NCBI GenBank assembly: GCA_002269645.1
Contig: NIVC01000085.1
Coordinates: 248,001-312,000, forward strand
Direction of reading: 5' to 3'
Length of the DNA: 64,000 nt
Origin: Macrostomum lignano
Taxonomy: Eukaryota
The notes below the pieces were generated by a model. That model ran no database searches, was not told the origin of the DNA, and saw nothing but the letters and a program-made list of their open reading frames with translations. Within the stretch, counting starts at the first letter, position 1. Every line of letters begins with the position of its first letter. A program made the position numbers and the translations under genes. Shown here piece by piece: positions 62,851-64,000 of the stretch.

Positions 62851-63419
62851 TATTTGCATTTCATTTCTACATTTTTGTTATAGGCAATTTTGCTTGATTA
62901 TATTTCATTAGAAATGCTTGTTGAGACACTGGTTGCCAACATATATCAGCCTTGATGGGTCCTGGAAAAGGAAAGAATACTCCCTTTTTAATTGTTATGG
63001 AGATCTTAAGCAAGTGAATAGACAAGTCAGCTGACTTAAGTTAATTAATTAGCTATATGGCGAGTGACCCACCCAATAGATGCATTCAGAGGTAGTCAAT
63101 TGGGATCCCTGTAGAATATCTAATGTTGCGACAAGGTACCATTACAGTTATATGGAATCGAAGTGCAGTTTGTTCATTTGAGTGACATTCAGAAGATAAA
63201 CATTTTTATGTTTTGGAAAGTACATAGATGTACATAGAAATATACAATTTACAATTGTATTCAACTGTATTTAATATTTCTGTTCGAGGACGGCTAAATC
63301 AAATTTGATTCAATTCGTAGTTGTGGAAAATGTATAGACCAATCACCCATTCTTTATTTAATTTTCTACAACATTGATAAGCACAGGATTTGGCTGCAAA
63401 TACAGTGCAATCATCCAGA

Positions 63420-63645
63420 ATTCACCCAGAATTTTGTGCTAATCCAGTTCATTCACCCAGAATTGTGTGCTAATCCAGTTCATTCACCCAGAATTGTGTG
63501 CTGATCCAGTTCACTTGCCTAGAATTTAGCCCGGATTTGTATGCTAATCTGGTTCACTTGCCCAGAATTGTGTGCTGATCCAGTTCACTTGCCCAGAATT
63601 TAGCCCGGATTTGTGTGTTGATCTAGTTCACTTGCCCAGAATTCA
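63420..63645. repeat. ~30-bp tandem repeat (TGCTGATCCAGTTCACTTGCCCAGAATT)
   Basis: Seen directly. Confidence 0.8.
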
Positions 63646-64000
63646 CCTAAAACTCTCACCAGAATTTTTCTTTTTGATCTAGAAATTTTGCCTGGATTCT
63701 ATAAACTTTTGTTACAGATTCAGAATTTCCACCCAGATCTAATTGTATTAGGCCTACTAGAATAGGAAAAAATTCTGGGTGAATGCAAAAAATTCCGGGC
63801 AAAATTCTAAGTAAAAATTTCAATGGGTACCATAGACAATATTCAAAGAAGCTCTAAATTTATGCGTTTTTCCTATTTATTTTAGATTTAATTGCTTGCT
63901 TATAAGCCATAGGCTTAACTAGCATATAAATGCAATTTCTTATATTAAATTGATTCTTGTGAAGATACTTCTAAATTGGTTCTAAAGTAGTATAGAAAAA

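Overview
Eukaryotic (animal) genomic DNA with GC-rich exons and AT-rich introns filled with minisatellites. This style resembles a free-living flatworm such as Macrostomum (inference only). Layout, left to right: (1) ~1.0-9.95 kb: a non-coding, micro-exon snoRNA host gene (+) carrying 24 intronic box C/D snoRNA candidates, one per intron, in 5 classes (A1, A2, B, C, D) built by tandem duplication of a C-B-A2-A1 module. (2) A two-exon ARF GTPase gene (+) whose intron is a minisatellite interrupted by a TTAA-flanked piggyBac element with permuted terminal repeats. (3) A 9-exon Cys-loop chloride-channel subunit gene (-). (4) A ~6 kb minisatellite interrupted by an 879-bp solo-LTR-like insert. (5) An ALMS-motif protein gene (-) and a USP38/USP35-like deubiquitinase gene (-) in tandem. 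(6) Decayed Penelope-like, LOTUS-like and CACTA/EnSpm sequences. Most ORFs in the supplied track are artefacts of tandem repeats. The best candidate for an undescribed system is the snoRNA array. It shows dual guides collinear on the rRNA, a 1-nt register shift that switches Gm to Um, a guide retargeted to a second 28S site with a chimeric intermediate, and a compensatory non-canonical C/D box pair. All rRNA target assignments rely on recalled conserved rRNA sequence, because the host rRNA is not in the window.
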